This document shows positions 15,390 to 26,036 of a stretch of 64,000 nt of DNA, one piece after another. Numbering within the stretch: position 1 is the first letter of the stretch; every line of letters starts with the position of its first letter. The notes under the pieces are model-generated. The model saw only the letters and a list, made by a program, of their open reading frames with translations. It made no database searches and was not told the DNA's origin. A program made the translations under genes and the position numbers. Source of the DNA: an uncultured Treponema sp. (GTDB lineage: Bacteria; Spirochaetota; Spirochaetia; Treponematales; Treponemataceae); the NCBI GenBank assembly GCA_937876905.1, contig CALEFI010000003.1:6541-70540 (forward strand). The letters are read 5' to 3'.

Positions 15390-15503
15390 TTCTACCTCTT
15401 GCGTTATTTTCAAGCAGTATACAAAATTTTCATATAAAGGCCAAGAGTTTCAGAATCATTGGGCATGGCATGGGAGACCAAGGAGCCATCAAAGCCTGCG
15501 CAA

Positions 15504-16673
15504 CTAGCCCCTCAGCTTGTCCACCATGGCGGCAATCCGCTCCACGGCCAGCTTTATCTTGTTGATGTCTGTGGCGTAGCAGCAACGGATGTAGCCAGTG
15601 CCGCCTGCTCCGAACACATCGCCGGGGACAACGGCCACCTGGTATTCCTCTATCAGGCGGGTGGCGAATTCCTCCGCCGTAAGACCGGTGGAGCTGATGT
15701 TGGGGAAGATGTAGAAGGCACCCTCCGGCTCCACCACCTCAAGCCCCATCTCCACAAAGGCCTTGTACATCAGGTTCCGCCGCTGCTGGTAGGAGACCCG
15801 CATCCGCTCCACCTCCGCCCAGCCGGTCCGCAGGCCCTCCAAGGCGGCGTACTGGCTCATAATGGGGGCACAGATGGTGCTGTACTGGTGCAGCTTAAAT
15901 ACCTGATCCATCAGCTCGGCGGAGCAGCACAGGTAGCCGATTCGCCAGCCGGTCATGGCAAAGGCCTTGGAAAAGCCGTTGAGGACGATGGTGTAGTCCT
16001 TCATGCCGGGAAAGGAGCCGATGGAGCAGTGCTTGTTTTCATCATAGACCAGCTCGCAGTACACCTCATCGGAAAGCACCCAAATCTGGTGTCGCTTTAC
16101 TACCTCGGCGATTTTCTCCAGCTCGGCAGCGGGAATCATGCGGCCCGTGGGATTGCTGGGGGAGCAGAGCATCAGCGCCTTTGTTTTCGGGGTGATGGCA
16201 GCCTCGATTTGTGCCGCCGTGGGATAGAAGCCGTTGACGGAGGTGTCCAGATGAATTAGCTTTGTGTCGCAGAGGGCCGCCAGGGGCTGGTAGGACACGT
16301 AGCAGGGCTCGCAGATGATGATTTCATCCCCAGGATTCAGCACGGCCCGCAGCACCGCGTCGATGGCCTCGGACACACCGATGGTAATCAGCACCTCAGC
16401 AGTGGGGTCATAATGGAGCTGATAGCGCTCTAGGTAACGGGCTATTTCCTGACGCAGCTCCGGCAGGCCCCAGTTGGAGGTGTAGGAGGTGTGGCCCTGC
16501 TCCAGGTGGTAGTAGGCCTCCTCCCGCATAATCCAGGGAGTGGAAAAATCTGGCTCGCCCACCCCCAGCGAGATGATGTCGTCCCGTCCCTGAATCAGCT
16601 CGAAGAATTTACGGATGCCGGAGGGCGGAGTCCCAGTAATCTTTTGTGAAAAACGGTCGCTTCTGCTGTTCAT
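15504..16673 (-). CDS. Class I/II PLP-dependent aminotransferase (aspartate/aromatic type)
   Basis: GEPDF, SPSNPTG, and NGFSKAFAMTGWRIGY (PLP-binding lysine motif). Confidence 0.85.
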   Translation of the reverse strand: MNSRSDRFSQKITGTPPSGIRKFFELIQGRDDIISLGVGEPDFSTPWIMREEAYYHLEQGHTSYTSNWGLPELRQEIARYLERYQLHYDPTAEVLITIGVSEAIDAVLRAVLNPGDEIIICEPCYVSYQPLAALCDTKLIHLDTSVNGFYPTAAQIEAAITPKTKALMLCSPSNPTGRMIPAAELEKIAEVVKRHQIWVLSDEVYCELVYDENKHCSIGSFPGMKDYTIVLNGFSKAFAMTGWRIGYLCCSAELMDQVFKLHQYSTICAPIMSQYAALEGLRTGWAEVERMRVSYQQRRNLMYKAFVEMGLEVVEPEGAFYIFPNISSTGLTAEEFATRLIEEYQVAVVPGDVFGAGGTGYIRCCYATDINKIKLAVERIAAMVDKLRG

Positions 16674-17158
16674 CAGGCGGTTACTCCCTGTCGTCTGTCC
16701 TTCTTCTCGTCCACATAGAGCACGTCATTTTCCTTGTAGACCTTTAGCATAAAGTGGGTCTTGGTGCTTTTGACCCCATTGAGGGTGGAGAGCTTGCGGG
16801 CCACAAAGAAGGCCACCTCCTGCAAGGACTCTCCCTCGATGACCACCTTGAGGTCGTAGCCGCCGGACATGAGGTAGAGGGACTTGACCTGGGGATAGCG
16901 GTAGATTCGGTCGGCAATGGCATCAAAGCCATGCTCCCGCTCAGGTGTCACCTGAATCTCGATTTCCGCCCGCACCCTTTCCTTGGATTCCGCCACCTTG
17001 TCTGGATTGACGATGGCGGCATATTTCAGAATCACGCCGTCCGCCTCCAGCTTTCTGATGATTTCTGCCACCTCGTCCTCGCTGCGCTTTGTCATGGCGG
17101 CAATGTCCGCAACAGAAAGCCGGGCATTGTCCTGCAGCAACTGCAATATCTCTTCCAT
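16673..17158 (-). CDS. Lrp/AsnC-family transcriptional regulator
   Basis: N-terminal HTH (LQDNARLSVADIAAMTKRSEDEV) plus a C-terminal RAM-like domain. Start/stop is coupled to the aminotransferase gene. Confidence 0.8.
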   Translation of the reverse strand: MEEILQLLQDNARLSVADIAAMTKRSEDEVAEIIRKLEADGVILKYAAIVNPDKVAESKERVRAEIEIQVTPEREHGFDAIADRIYRYPQVKSLYLMSGGYDLKVVIEGESLQEVAFFVARKLSTLNGVKSTKTHFMLKVYKENDVLYVDEKKDRRQGVTA

Positions 17159-17179
17159 AGATTGCCAACTCCTTGATAA

Positions 17180-17812
17180 TCAGGTATTTTTAATGCGGTA
17201 TGCCTCTTGGCACAGCCGCCTCACTTCATCCAAGTCGGATTGTACCATCCAGCTGCCGCCCACTGCCAGCACATTTTTTTGCTGGAGGTAGGACTTCAGG
17301 TTTGATGCGGAAATTCCCCCAGTGGGAACAAATTGAACCTGGGGATAGGGACCAGCCAGGGCCTTCAGCATGGCAATGCCGCCCAGCACCTCGGCGGGAA
17401 AGAGCTTCAGCACCCGCAGGCCACGCTCCAGGGCGGCCTCTATTTCTGAAGGAGTAGCCACACCGGGAATCATGGGAATGCCCGCTGCCAGCACCCCTTC
17501 GATAACCCTGCCGTTGGAGCCGGGAGCCACCACAAACTGGGCTCCAGACCCAATGGCGGCGGCGGCCTGCTCCGTGGTCAGCACCGTTCCCGCACCCACC
17601 AGCATCTGTGGCAGCTCCCGACGGATGGCAGCAATGCCAGCGGCGGCGGCCTCGGTTCTAAAGGTTACCTCCGCCACAGGAATCCCACCCTCCAGCAGGG
17701 GACGAGCCAGGGGAACGGCATCCTCCACCCGCTCCAGCTTGATGACGGGAATGATGCCCGCCTTGCCAATCGCATCGTATATTTCTGCAAATTTTTCTGT
17801 CATCGCCGTCAA
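17180..17812 (-). CDS. eda: KDPG/KHG aldolase
   Basis: IIPVIKL, EVTFRT, GAGTVL, and LKLFPA (Schiff-base Lys context). Adjacent to kdgK. Confidence 0.85.
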   Translation of the reverse strand: MTAMTEKFAEIYDAIGKAGIIPVIKLERVEDAVPLARPLLEGGIPVAEVTFRTEAAAAGIAAIRRELPQMLVGAGTVLTTEQAAAAIGSGAQFVVAPGSNGRVIEGVLAAGIPMIPGVATPSEIEAALERGLRVLKLFPAEVLGGIAMLKALAGPYPQVQFVPTGGISASNLKSYLQQKNVLAVGGSWMVQSDLDEVRRLCQEAYRIKNT

Positions 17813-17820
17813 CCTCCAAT

Positions 17821-18855
17821 CTACCGCTGCACCCGTCCGGAGCCGCCACCCTCCATCAAAGCCAGCACCTCTTCCCTACTGGTAAGATTGAAGTCGCCGG
17901 GGATGGTATGCTTGAGGCAGGAGGCGGCCACTGCAAAGTTCAGGGCCCGCTCTTCGTCCTCAAGCTCCTGCAGGCCGTAGATGAGACCGGCGGAAAAGGC
18001 ATCCCCGCCACCGACCCGGTCCACAATGTCTGCAATCTGATATTTCCTTGAGCGATGGAAGCCAGTTTTTCCCAAGAAGACGGCAGACCAGCCGTTGTTG
18101 TCGGCAGAATGGCTTTCCCGCAGGGTGATGGCCACCTGCTCCACATTGGGATAGGTTTTTTGAAGCTGCTGGGCCAACAAGCGGTAGCTTTCCTCCTCCA
18201 GATGGCCGGACTCCACGTCCACCTGGGGGGCGGCAATTCCCAGAGACTTTTGGATGTCCTCCTCGTTGGCAATCACCACCTGACAATGGGACACAATCTG
18301 GCCCATCACCTCCGGGGCGGACCTGCCGTATTTCCACAATTTCTTTCTATAATTCAAGTCAACGGAAACCCTCAGCCCCAACTCCTGGGCGGCACGCACC
18401 GCCTCCAGTGTAGCGTCGGCCGCAGCCTGGGAAATGGCGGGAGTGATGCCCGTCACGTGGAACCAGAGGACGTCGGAAAAAATGGATTTCCAGTCAAAGC
18501 TCCCTGCTCCGCAGCGGGAAATGCAGCTTTCCTCCCGGTCGTAGACTACCACCGAGGGGCGGGCGCAGGCACCATTTTCCAAAAAATAGATTCCCAGACG
18601 GCCATCCTTTTCCACTCGGCAGCGGGACACGTCCACTCCATAGCCTCGAAGCTGGGCCAAGGCTGCCCGCCCAATGGGATTGTCCGGGACGGCGGTAAGG
18701 TAGGAGACATCGCAGCCAAGGTGGGCCAGGGAAACGGCAACATTTGCCTCGCCGCCGCCAAAGGTCGCCTCCAGCCCATGGGACTGGAAGAAGCGCTCCT
18801 GACCCGGAGCCTTGAGCCGCAGCATAATCTCACCGAAGGTAACTGTTCTTGACAT
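17821..18855 (-). CDS. kdgK: 2-dehydro-3-deoxygluconokinase (PfkB family)
   Basis: [14 protein letters not shown]-terminal motif and the [14 protein letters not shown] PfkB signature. Confidence 0.85.
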   Translation of the reverse strand: MSRTVTFGEIMLRLKAPGQERFFQSHGLEATFGGGEANVAVSLAHLGCDVSYLTAVPDNPIGRAALAQLRGYGVDVSRCRVEKDGRLGIYFLENGACARPSVVVYDREESCISRCGAGSFDWKSIFSDVLWFHVTGITPAISQAAADATLEAVRAAQELGLRVSVDLNYRKKLWKYGRSAPEVMGQIVSHCQVVIANEEDIQKSLGIAAPQVDVESGHLEEESYRLLAQQLQKTYPNVEQVAITLRESHSADNNGWSAVFLGKTGFHRSRKYQIADIVDRVGGGDAFSAGLIYGLQELEDEERALNFAVAASCLKHTIPGDFNLTSREEVLALMEGGGSGRVQR

Positions 18856-19310
18856 ATAGTCTCCTCAACTATTTTATAGAGTAAAACATTTTCGAAATTG
18901 GGGAACCCCCTGATTCTTTGAGATGTGGGCTCACCAAGCCTCCAACATTTTCCCATTATAAAGAACTTCAACAAAAATTTGAAGACGAATCGACAAAAAT
19001 GGTATACGCAGTTTTCAGAACAAGGGGATTTACTCAAGTCCGCTGGAAACTTCGTTGAGAAAAACGACCTTCACTTTTTTAAATCCTTAGGAAAAAAACT
19101 CCACATTATCCCTCTCCAAGCCCTACGTCTCGGAAGCCCCTCCAAATCCCACCTCCAAAGAGAGGAACCGTAGTGACGGACAAGTCTGAACTTACATCAA
19201 ATTTCCGGGAATTTTTCTGAAAAAATTGCCACAGGTCTTCGGAAAACCTACGGTTTTCCTGTGTCGGGGTGGGTTCCTTGCGTATCAAGTGTGAGAATTC
19301 CTCCCTTGTT

Positions 19311-19347
19311 CCCAGATTTTGCGTAGCAAAATCGAATCCGTGTGGCA
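19311..19347 (+). repeat. 37-nt hairpin-containing repeat, copy B (identical to 6745-6781)
   Basis: Same 37-mer in the same orientation, about 25 nt 3' of the mnmE stop. A second unrelated 8-bp/3-nt hairpin, GGAAAACC-TAC-GGTTTTCC, sits at 19241-19259. Confidence 0.8.
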
Positions 19348-19372
19348 TCCTAAAAGTAAGCAACGTTTTTCC

Positions 19373-20854
19373 CTACTTTCCCAGACAAAACCTGCTGAAC
19401 ACAGTGTCCAGAATGTCCTCTGTTGTCACCTCGCCGGTAATCTCACCCAAGGACTCCAGAGCCTCCTCCACATCCTGTACCACAGCATCAAGGGTATAGC
19501 CCTCCTCAGCTACCTCCAGCCCGTGAACAACGGCTTCCAAGGCGGCTTGGGCGCAGTCTTTTTGCCGCTCTGTTCCCAAACCCACCTGTCCAGCCCCTGC
19601 ATGACTGATGTTCCGAAAAAGGAGCCGACAGATTTCTTCCACCAGCTGAGCCGTTCCCTGACCAGTCCTGGCACTTAGACGCACCACAGTGTCCACAGGC
19701 AAGCCATCCATACCAGACTCAGAAAGACTGTGGAGGGCCACCTTGTCCCACTTGTTCAGCACCAAGGCCAGTGGTGGGCTTTCAGCTGTCGGCTTATCAT
19801 CAGGGCGATTATCATCGCAGCCACAACAATCGGAGGAATTTTCCGCCCTCCTGCGATTCTCCAAAAATTCCCTGTCCTCCTCTGTCAGACCGACGGTGGA
19901 GTCCACCACGTAGAGAATCAAATCTGCCTCCGCCGTCAAATCCTGGGTGCGCTGGATGCCGTGGCGCTCCACCTCGTCGTCGCTTTCCCGCAAACCGGCA
20001 GTGTCAAAGAGGCGGGCGGGAATGCCGCCAAAGGACACCCAGCCCTCAATCCAGTCCCGGGTGGTTCCGTGGATGTCGGAGACGATGGAGCGGTCCTCCT
20101 TCAGCAGGGTGTTGAAGAGGCTGGACTTTCCCGCATTGGTCCGCCCGCAGAGCACCACCCTCACCCCGTCCTGATACAGCCTCTCGCATGACCAGGAGGC
20201 ACACAGGGAGGCAAGGCGGCGGCGGGCCTCTTCAAGCTGACTGCTATCAAAGGCATCGGCAATGGCTTCCTCATCCTCTGGATACTCTATTTCTGCTTCA
20301 AGGGCCGCCAAGGTTTCCCGTAAAAGGCTTTTAATTTCGTCCAGCTCCTGAAACAAGCCACCTGCCAGCCTTCCTGCAGCCCGCCCACGGCTGGTGTCGG
20401 TCTTGGCAGCGATGATTTCCTGCACCGCCTCGGCACGGGTCAAGTCGGCCTTGCCATTGATAAAGGAGCGGAAGGTAAACTCTCCCGGCAGGGCCGCCCG
20501 GAACCCATGGCTGGTGAGCAGGCGTAAAATCCCTGTCACCATGCCGGGACCACCGTGGCAGCTGATTTCCACCATGTCCTCCCCGGTAAAGCTGCGGGGA
20601 GAGCGGAAGACGGACACCAGCACCTGGTCTATCCGCCGCCCCATAGCCTCCTGTCCGGCAGCTGGTTCTATGAGCCAGCCATAGACAATGGTGTTTCCTT
20701 CCGCCTCCAACAAGGCCTTGGGACGGGAAAAGAGGGGAGCCAGCAATTCTATGACACCCTTGCCGGAACAGCGGACAATTCCCAGGGCGGCGGGAGCCAA
20801 TGCAGTGGCAATGGCGGCAATGGGCTCCTCTGGGGTGTAGCCAGCAGAATTCAT
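19373..20854 (-). CDS. mnmE: tRNA modification GTPase
   Basis: G-domain motifs GRTNAGKSSL, DTAGLR, NKWD. C-terminal FCLGK. Carries a ~25-aa Cys-rich insertion in the G domain. Confidence 0.9.
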   Translation of the reverse strand: MNSAGYTPEEPIAAIATALAPAALGIVRCSGKGVIELLAPLFSRPKALLEAEGNTIVYGWLIEPAAGQEAMGRRIDQVLVSVFRSPRSFTGEDMVEISCHGGPGMVTGILRLLTSHGFRAALPGEFTFRSFINGKADLTRAEAVQEIIAAKTDTSRGRAAGRLAGGLFQELDEIKSLLRETLAALEAEIEYPEDEEAIADAFDSSQLEEARRRLASLCASWSCERLYQDGVRVVLCGRTNAGKSSLFNTLLKEDRSIVSDIHGTTRDWIEGWVSFGGIPARLFDTAGLRESDDEVERHGIQRTQDLTAEADLILYVVDSTVGLTEEDREFLENRRRAENSSDCCGCDDNRPDDKPTAESPPLALVLNKWDKVALHSLSESGMDGLPVDTVVRLSARTGQGTAQLVEEICRLLFRNISHAGAGQVGLGTERQKDCAQAALEAVVHGLEVAEEGYTLDAVVQDVEEALESLGEITGEVTTEDILDTVFSRFCLGK

Positions 20855-21840
20855 TGTCCAGCTCCTTCGGCTTTCAGCTCATTTACAGAAAATGCCATAC
20901 CAAATCGGATAAAAAGCAGCGGACACAGGTACACCACCACAAAGCCAGCAGCAGCAAACTGAATGAATTTCAAAAGGATGGCCAGCTCCATTGCAGGAGA
21001 CAGCTGTCCCACAAGATTTTTTATCACTTCAAATATCAGAAAGCTTGCACCAGTTACCAGCAAGCCCAAGGGAAAGCGGAGCAGCCGCTGGGCAGGAGTT
21101 CCCCTTGCATCCCAAAACCTGCCGCTCCTCGTCCACATAATCCGTCCCACCAAAAAGCCGAACAGGGCTCCATTCAAGGAGGTGTGACTTCCAGAAAAAC
21201 GATTTAACGCAAAAACCACCACGGCCGCCAACAGCACCTGCAAACTAGGCCGCCATCTGCTCACCAGGGCTGCCACCGGATTCCAAAACAAAATCAAGCC
21301 TACGGAGGTCAAAAATCCCAGGCTCAGTCCCAAAAGCACGTCGCTAGGATAGTGGACCCCAAGGTAGATGCGGCTAAAGCCAATGAGCAGGGGCAAAAAG
21401 CCTGCCACCAACAGCTTGAAAACAAGGCAGGGAGAGCATTTTTTGTTGTGGCAGCTTCCATCAGCCCCGCAGCTTTTCTTTCCCATTACATAGCGGGCAA
21501 AGAGGGGATAAAAGGTAGCAGAGCCTTGGGAATGACCAGAGGGAGTGGAAAAGCCGGACTCCTCGATGATAAATACTGAAGGATTTCGCACAAAAGGGCG
21601 GGGAACCTGCAATACTTCTTTAATGGCGGTATTGAGAGCACCGGCAAAAATGATGGCAGCTCCCAGCCGGAATCCCCTTCTTCCGTCCACACACCAATAT
21701 AATAGAAGAACCAGCCCAAAATAGAAGGCTGGATCACCAAGAAAAGAGATGGACTGCATCAAAAATGTCAGTGCCGGGGACTGGAGCTGCTGAACCCAGC
21801 GGATAGCCTCCAGCCCCCATTCGTAGACAGGCTCCATCAT
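20851..21840 (-). CDS. PAP2-family membrane phosphatase
   Basis: KEVLQVPRPF, PSGHS, SRIYLGVHYPSDV (the three PAP2 motifs), plus extra C-terminal TM helices. Confidence 0.8.
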   Translation of the reverse strand: MMEPVYEWGLEAIRWVQQLQSPALTFLMQSISFLGDPAFYFGLVLLLYWCVDGRRGFRLGAAIIFAGALNTAIKEVLQVPRPFVRNPSVFIIEESGFSTPSGHSQGSATFYPLFARYVMGKKSCGADGSCHNKKCSPCLVFKLLVAGFLPLLIGFSRIYLGVHYPSDVLLGLSLGFLTSVGLILFWNPVAALVSRWRPSLQVLLAAVVVFALNRFSGSHTSLNGALFGFLVGRIMWTRSGRFWDARGTPAQRLLRFPLGLLVTGASFLIFEVIKNLVGQLSPAMELAILLKFIQFAAAGFVVVYLCPLLFIRFGMAFSVNELKAEGAGQ

Positions 21841-24263
21841 ACTCCGTCGGCCCCAGCCGCTCCGTCACCAATCATTGCGGCCTGGGGGCTTGCCCCCTCT
21901 CCTTGAATCCGACTTTCAGAAAGGTTGCCCGATGCATCCTCGGCCACCGCCTCCTGAACATCCTCCTTGTCAGAGAAGGTGCCGGTCAGGGCCGGCTTGC
22001 GGGAACCAGCCTCCGCCTCGGCAACGCCCCAGGGATAGGGATCCTCATCGCCCACATCCGGCCGCACATCATCATACCGTCCGATATTGTTCCAGTACAT
22101 GTAGCCGTGGTTGGCCGCATCCCGCACCCCAAAAATCTGGCGCTGGACATAATTCGCATCATAGTAGCGCTTGTCGTAGGACACTCCCAGATAGAAGGCC
22201 TGGGCCCAGGGCCGAATCACACTCTTGTTCCGGGCTATGACGGAATTGCGGTAGGTTCCATAGAAGTAAATCCGGTAGGGACGCTCTGCGGCGGGGGCAT
22301 GGGCCAAAAAGGGCTGCTCAAAGTGGCTGGGATAGAACATGGGGCAGATGACGTCCACATATTCCGACAAAAGCTCCACGTCCTGACCAGTGCGCGCCCC
22401 ACTGCGATACCAGCCGTTGGCCCCATAGATGTCGATGCCAATGGGAGCCTGGATGTTCTGGCGGGCATAGGACAGGAAGGAAATCAGAGGGCTCTCCTTG
22501 TCCATGCCCCGGTCCTGCCAGCGGTAGCTTGCCCGCCACAGATTTGTCCCATCAGTGGGAAAACGGATGTAGTCAAACTGGATTTCGTCAAAGCCCCGGC
22601 GAATCAGCTCCTGGGCCACCGCCACATTGTACTCCCACACCTCGTGGCAGTAGGGGTCCACCCAGTGCTCGTCGTAATACAGGGTTTCCGTGCCGGTGAC
22701 ATTGCCAGCCTCGTCAGTAATCTCCCTCGTCCCCTTGGTTCCAATCCAGCGGCTGCCGCTGGAGCTGTTCCACACGGCGTACTTACTGTCGTCATATTGG
22801 GCCAGATGCTTGTCCTTGAACACCACAATTCGGGCGATGAGATAGATGTCCTCCCTCTTAAAGCGCTCCACAAACTGCTCCAGGTCAACGGCATACTGAC
22901 TCACATAGCCCTTCTCCTTTACCAGCGGATCCTGGGTGTCGTAGCGTAAAAGCCCGTAGTCATCCTTCATGTCGATGACAATGCTGTTGAGCTTGTTCGC
23001 CTTCAAGGTCTTGATGATGGCATCCTGCCCAGACTTGGTGCGCCCCTGATTTGCCGGCAGATACAGCGACTTGATTTGGGTCAGCTCCTCCGACACGTAG
23101 GGAGCGTACACCTTCTGGGGCTTGAGCATCCACAGCTCATTCAAAACCAGGCTCGTACTGAAGCCGCTGCGGTTCCTGGGGATGTAGGCGGTGTACACCG
23201 GCTCCGGCACCTTGGCCAGTGACTGCTGCCAGGAGCTGTAGTCCGACGGGACACCCACGTTCCGGCCGCTGGACAGATTGAGCATGGAGACGCTTCCGGG
23301 ACTGGTATACACCAGATTGGAGCCGGTCCAGCCAAGGCCGTCGATGGTGTCGGCAGGCTCCGTCCCCTCGTAAATCTTTACTCCCTGCTTCCTCTCCCAG
23401 TCCAGACGGAAGATATTGGGCATAAAGGTTTGGGAGATATAGATTTCCGTCACCGGGAAGCCCCTTTCGTCAAGACTCACCACCGGCAGGATGTCCGCCA
23501 GCTCGTCGGGCTGGCCCTGGGTGGGCATGGCGGAAAATCCCTTTACGATGTCCGTCCACCCGGCCTTGGACTTGTCGGGCTGGATGTAGGACAGGCCGTA
23601 AATCGGGTGGGACAGAAAGACCGTCAGCTCCGTTGCGGGACTTCCGTCGGCCTTCCTCTTACCACCCACAGCCATGTCTGCCACCGCCACGGCCTTTGCT
23701 CCCGCAGTCTTTGCGCTAAACCCTAAATTCTTCCACGTCTTGCCATAGTCCCGACTCAAATATACCGAGTTGTCAGTGGTAGCCACCAGAATCTGATGAT
23801 TTTGGGGATGGACTGCCAAGTCCTTTATCTCCTTGGCACGCTGTACCAGCCGCACCTCGCCGTCCACATACTCCTTCAAGGTAAGCATGGGCAGGCCGGA
23901 GTCAGCTCCAATCAGGGTGAAGGTCTGCAGGTCAGCACTGCGTAAAAGTCCGTGTCCGGTGACAAAAAACCACTCCTGCTGCCCGTCAACGTAAGTCTCC
24001 ACAATCTGCGTCACCCGGCTCTCATTCCACAGCGGCTCAGGGGTGTCATTTCCAATGATTTTGTACAGGCCGCTTTCCGTCCCCGCAAGGATGTTCTGGA
24101 GGATGTGGGCCTCATCGGGGCTGGGCAGATTGTCCGGCAGCTGGTAGAGATTCTGCATTCGGCCCCCAATCGCCACAGCCTGTCCCAAGCCGTTTTGGGC
24201 CATCAATGGAAGGGAAAGGAGCACAACAAAGCAAAGCATTGTGATACAGGGAATTTTACGCAT
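21837..24263 (-). CDS. Secreted protein: N-terminal beta-propeller-like region plus a DUF4015-type putative glycoside hydrolase domain
   Basis: Signal peptide MRKIPCITMLCFVVLLSLPLMAQ. NSIVIDMKDDYGLLRYDT and IQFDYIRFP are typical of the GHL/DUF4015 family. The start was moved to Met 24263. Confidence 0.6.
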   Translation of the reverse strand: MRKIPCITMLCFVVLLSLPLMAQNGLGQAVAIGGRMQNLYQLPDNLPSPDEAHILQNILAGTESGLYKIIGNDTPEPLWNESRVTQIVETYVDGQQEWFFVTGHGLLRSADLQTFTLIGADSGLPMLTLKEYVDGEVRLVQRAKEIKDLAVHPQNHQILVATTDNSVYLSRDYGKTWKNLGFSAKTAGAKAVAVADMAVGGKRKADGSPATELTVFLSHPIYGLSYIQPDKSKAGWTDIVKGFSAMPTQGQPDELADILPVVSLDERGFPVTEIYISQTFMPNIFRLDWERKQGVKIYEGTEPADTIDGLGWTGSNLVYTSPGSVSMLNLSSGRNVGVPSDYSSWQQSLAKVPEPVYTAYIPRNRSGFSTSLVLNELWMLKPQKVYAPYVSEELTQIKSLYLPANQGRTKSGQDAIIKTLKANKLNSIVIDMKDDYGLLRYDTQDPLVKEKGYVSQYAVDLEQFVERFKREDIYLIARIVVFKDKHLAQYDDSKYAVWNSSSGSRWIGTKGTREITDEAGNVTGTETLYYDEHWVDPYCHEVWEYNVAVAQELIRRGFDEIQFDYIRFPTDGTNLWRASYRWQDRGMDKESPLISFLSYARQNIQAPIGIDIYGANGWYRSGARTGQDVELLSEYVDVICPMFYPSHFEQPFLAHAPAAERPYRIYFYGTYRNSVIARNKSVIRPWAQAFYLGVSYDKRYYDANYVQRQIFGVRDAANHGYMYWNNIGRYDDVRPDVGDEDPYPWGVAEAEAGSRKPALTGTFSDKEDVQEAVAEDASGNLSESRIQGEGASPQAAMIGDGAAGADGV

Positions 24264-24524
24264 ACTTAGAGTATCGGACAATATCCAATATTTCAAAACT
24301 GGTACAGGCACAATAATCATGGTTGAGTCGGAATTTAGAGACAGGTTATAATAAATATAAAATAATAATAAAAGTAAATTTAATATTATTACAAATAATA
24401 ATTGACATATTCTTGTTTTAATGTAAAAATATATCGATACTGCAATAGATTATAAACAAGTACCGATGTTCAAGCAGCACATAAGATGGGGCTGCCCCAT
24501 TTTAAATATTTTTTGGAGGAGCTA

Positions 24525-25961
24525 ATGATGAAAAACAAGAAAATTCTGATCATCATTCCTGTCGCGCTGGTAGCATTCGTTGCTGTGTACGCTGGCATCA
24601 TGCTCAGTGGCCGTGGAATCACCGCCACCGAGCTTGACGCCCAGTTTGTGCAGGTAATCGAGAACAACGGCTGTCTGCAATGTCATGCCGCTGACCCTGA
24701 TGCCTTCTGGTATCAGAAGCTGCCTGGATTCACTGGATTGTTCGAGAAGGACATGACCAACGGCTATCGGTCCATCGACCTGGAGAAGGTGGTGAACCAG
24801 ATCAACAACGGCGAGCCCGTGAACATCGCCGATGTCGCAAAGATTGAGCAGTCCACCTTGAACAATGACATGCCCGTCATCCAGTACACCATCGTGCACT
24901 GGGGAGCCGACCTGAACGCCAAGGAGCAGCAGATTGTCTACGACTGGGTGAGGGAAAAGCGGACAGCCCATGTGGAAGCCTTTGCCGCCGAGTACAACAT
25001 GGCTATGAATGATGCATTCATCAGCGAGCCTGTCATGCCGCTGCCTGACCCCGCCATGTTCAATGTGAACCACCAGAAGGCCATGCTGGGACTGGACCTG
25101 TTCCATGACACACGGCTTTCTATCGACAGCACCATTTCCTGCGCATCCTGCCACGCACTTGACAACGTGGGACAGGACAGTTCGCCCCATGCCCGTGGCG
25201 TGGGCAGCCAGATGGGTGGAATCAGCGCTCCCTCCGTGTACAACGCCGTGTTCAATGTGCAGCAGTTCTGGAACGGCCGTGAGCCGGACCTGCAGGGACA
25301 GGCAGGCGGACCTCCCGTCAATCTGATTGAGATGGGCTACGAGAGCTTTGACGACATTGTCGCCGAGCTTTCCAAGGACAGCACCATGGTGGCCCGTTTC
25401 GCCAGCATCTATGGAGCGGAGGGAATTACCCAGAACAGCATCACCGATGCCATCGCCGAATTCGAGCGCCTGCTGGTCACCAACAACAGCCCCTTCGACA
25501 AGTATCTGCTGGGAGACAAGACTGCCCTCACCTCCGAGGAAATCCAGGGATACGAGCTGTTCAAGAAGAACTACTGCGCCACCTGCCACGTTGGAGCCAG
25601 CATGGGTGGCCAGAGCTTCGAGAGGCTGGGAACTGTGCTTGATGCAGCCATCTACTTTGAGGAGCGTGGCACCGAGCAGAATGGTGACGACCAGGGACTG
25701 ATCGGCTTCACCGGGCTGGAAGACGACCGCTACAAGTACAAGGTGCCGAACCTGCGCAACGTAGCCCTCACCGGTCCCTGGATGCACGATGGAACCCACG
25801 TCACTCTTGAGGATGCGGTGCGGACCATGTTCCGCTTCAACACACCTACCGCAAATCCCAGCGACGAGACCGTTGAGAAGATTGTATTGTTCCTGAACAC
25901 GCTCAACGGCGAGAACGAGTACCTGGACTACAAGAACGTGCCCAGCAACAAGCTGCGCTAA
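24525..25961 (+). CDS. Membrane-anchored tri-haem cytochrome c peroxidase homologue (quinol peroxidase / YhjA-like)
   Basis: N-terminal TM helix ILIIIPVALVAFVAVYAGIML. Three CXXCH motifs (CLQCH, CASCH, CATCH). CCP hallmark GPWMHDG. Confidence 0.8.
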   Translation: MMKNKKILIIIPVALVAFVAVYAGIMLSGRGITATELDAQFVQVIENNGCLQCHAADPDAFWYQKLPGFTGLFEKDMTNGYRSIDLEKVVNQINNGEPVNIADVAKIEQSTLNNDMPVIQYTIVHWGADLNAKEQQIVYDWVREKRTAHVEAFAAEYNMAMNDAFISEPVMPLPDPAMFNVNHQKAMLGLDLFHDTRLSIDSTISCASCHALDNVGQDSSPHARGVGSQMGGISAPSVYNAVFNVQQFWNGREPDLQGQAGGPPVNLIEMGYESFDDIVAELSKDSTMVARFASIYGAEGITQNSITDAIAEFERLLVTNNSPFDKYLLGDKTALTSEEIQGYELFKKNYCATCHVGASMGGQSFERLGTVLDAAIYFEERGTEQNGDDQGLIGFTGLEDDRYKYKVPNLRNVALTGPWMHDGTHVTLEDAVRTMFRFNTPTANPSDETVEKIVLFLNTLNGENEYLDYKNVPSNKLR

Positions 25962-26036
25962 CATAATCAACTTGTAGGAGTTAAGCAAATTATGGGGCCG
26001 GTCGTTCCTGGCTGGCCTCATTTTCAATTACGAAAT

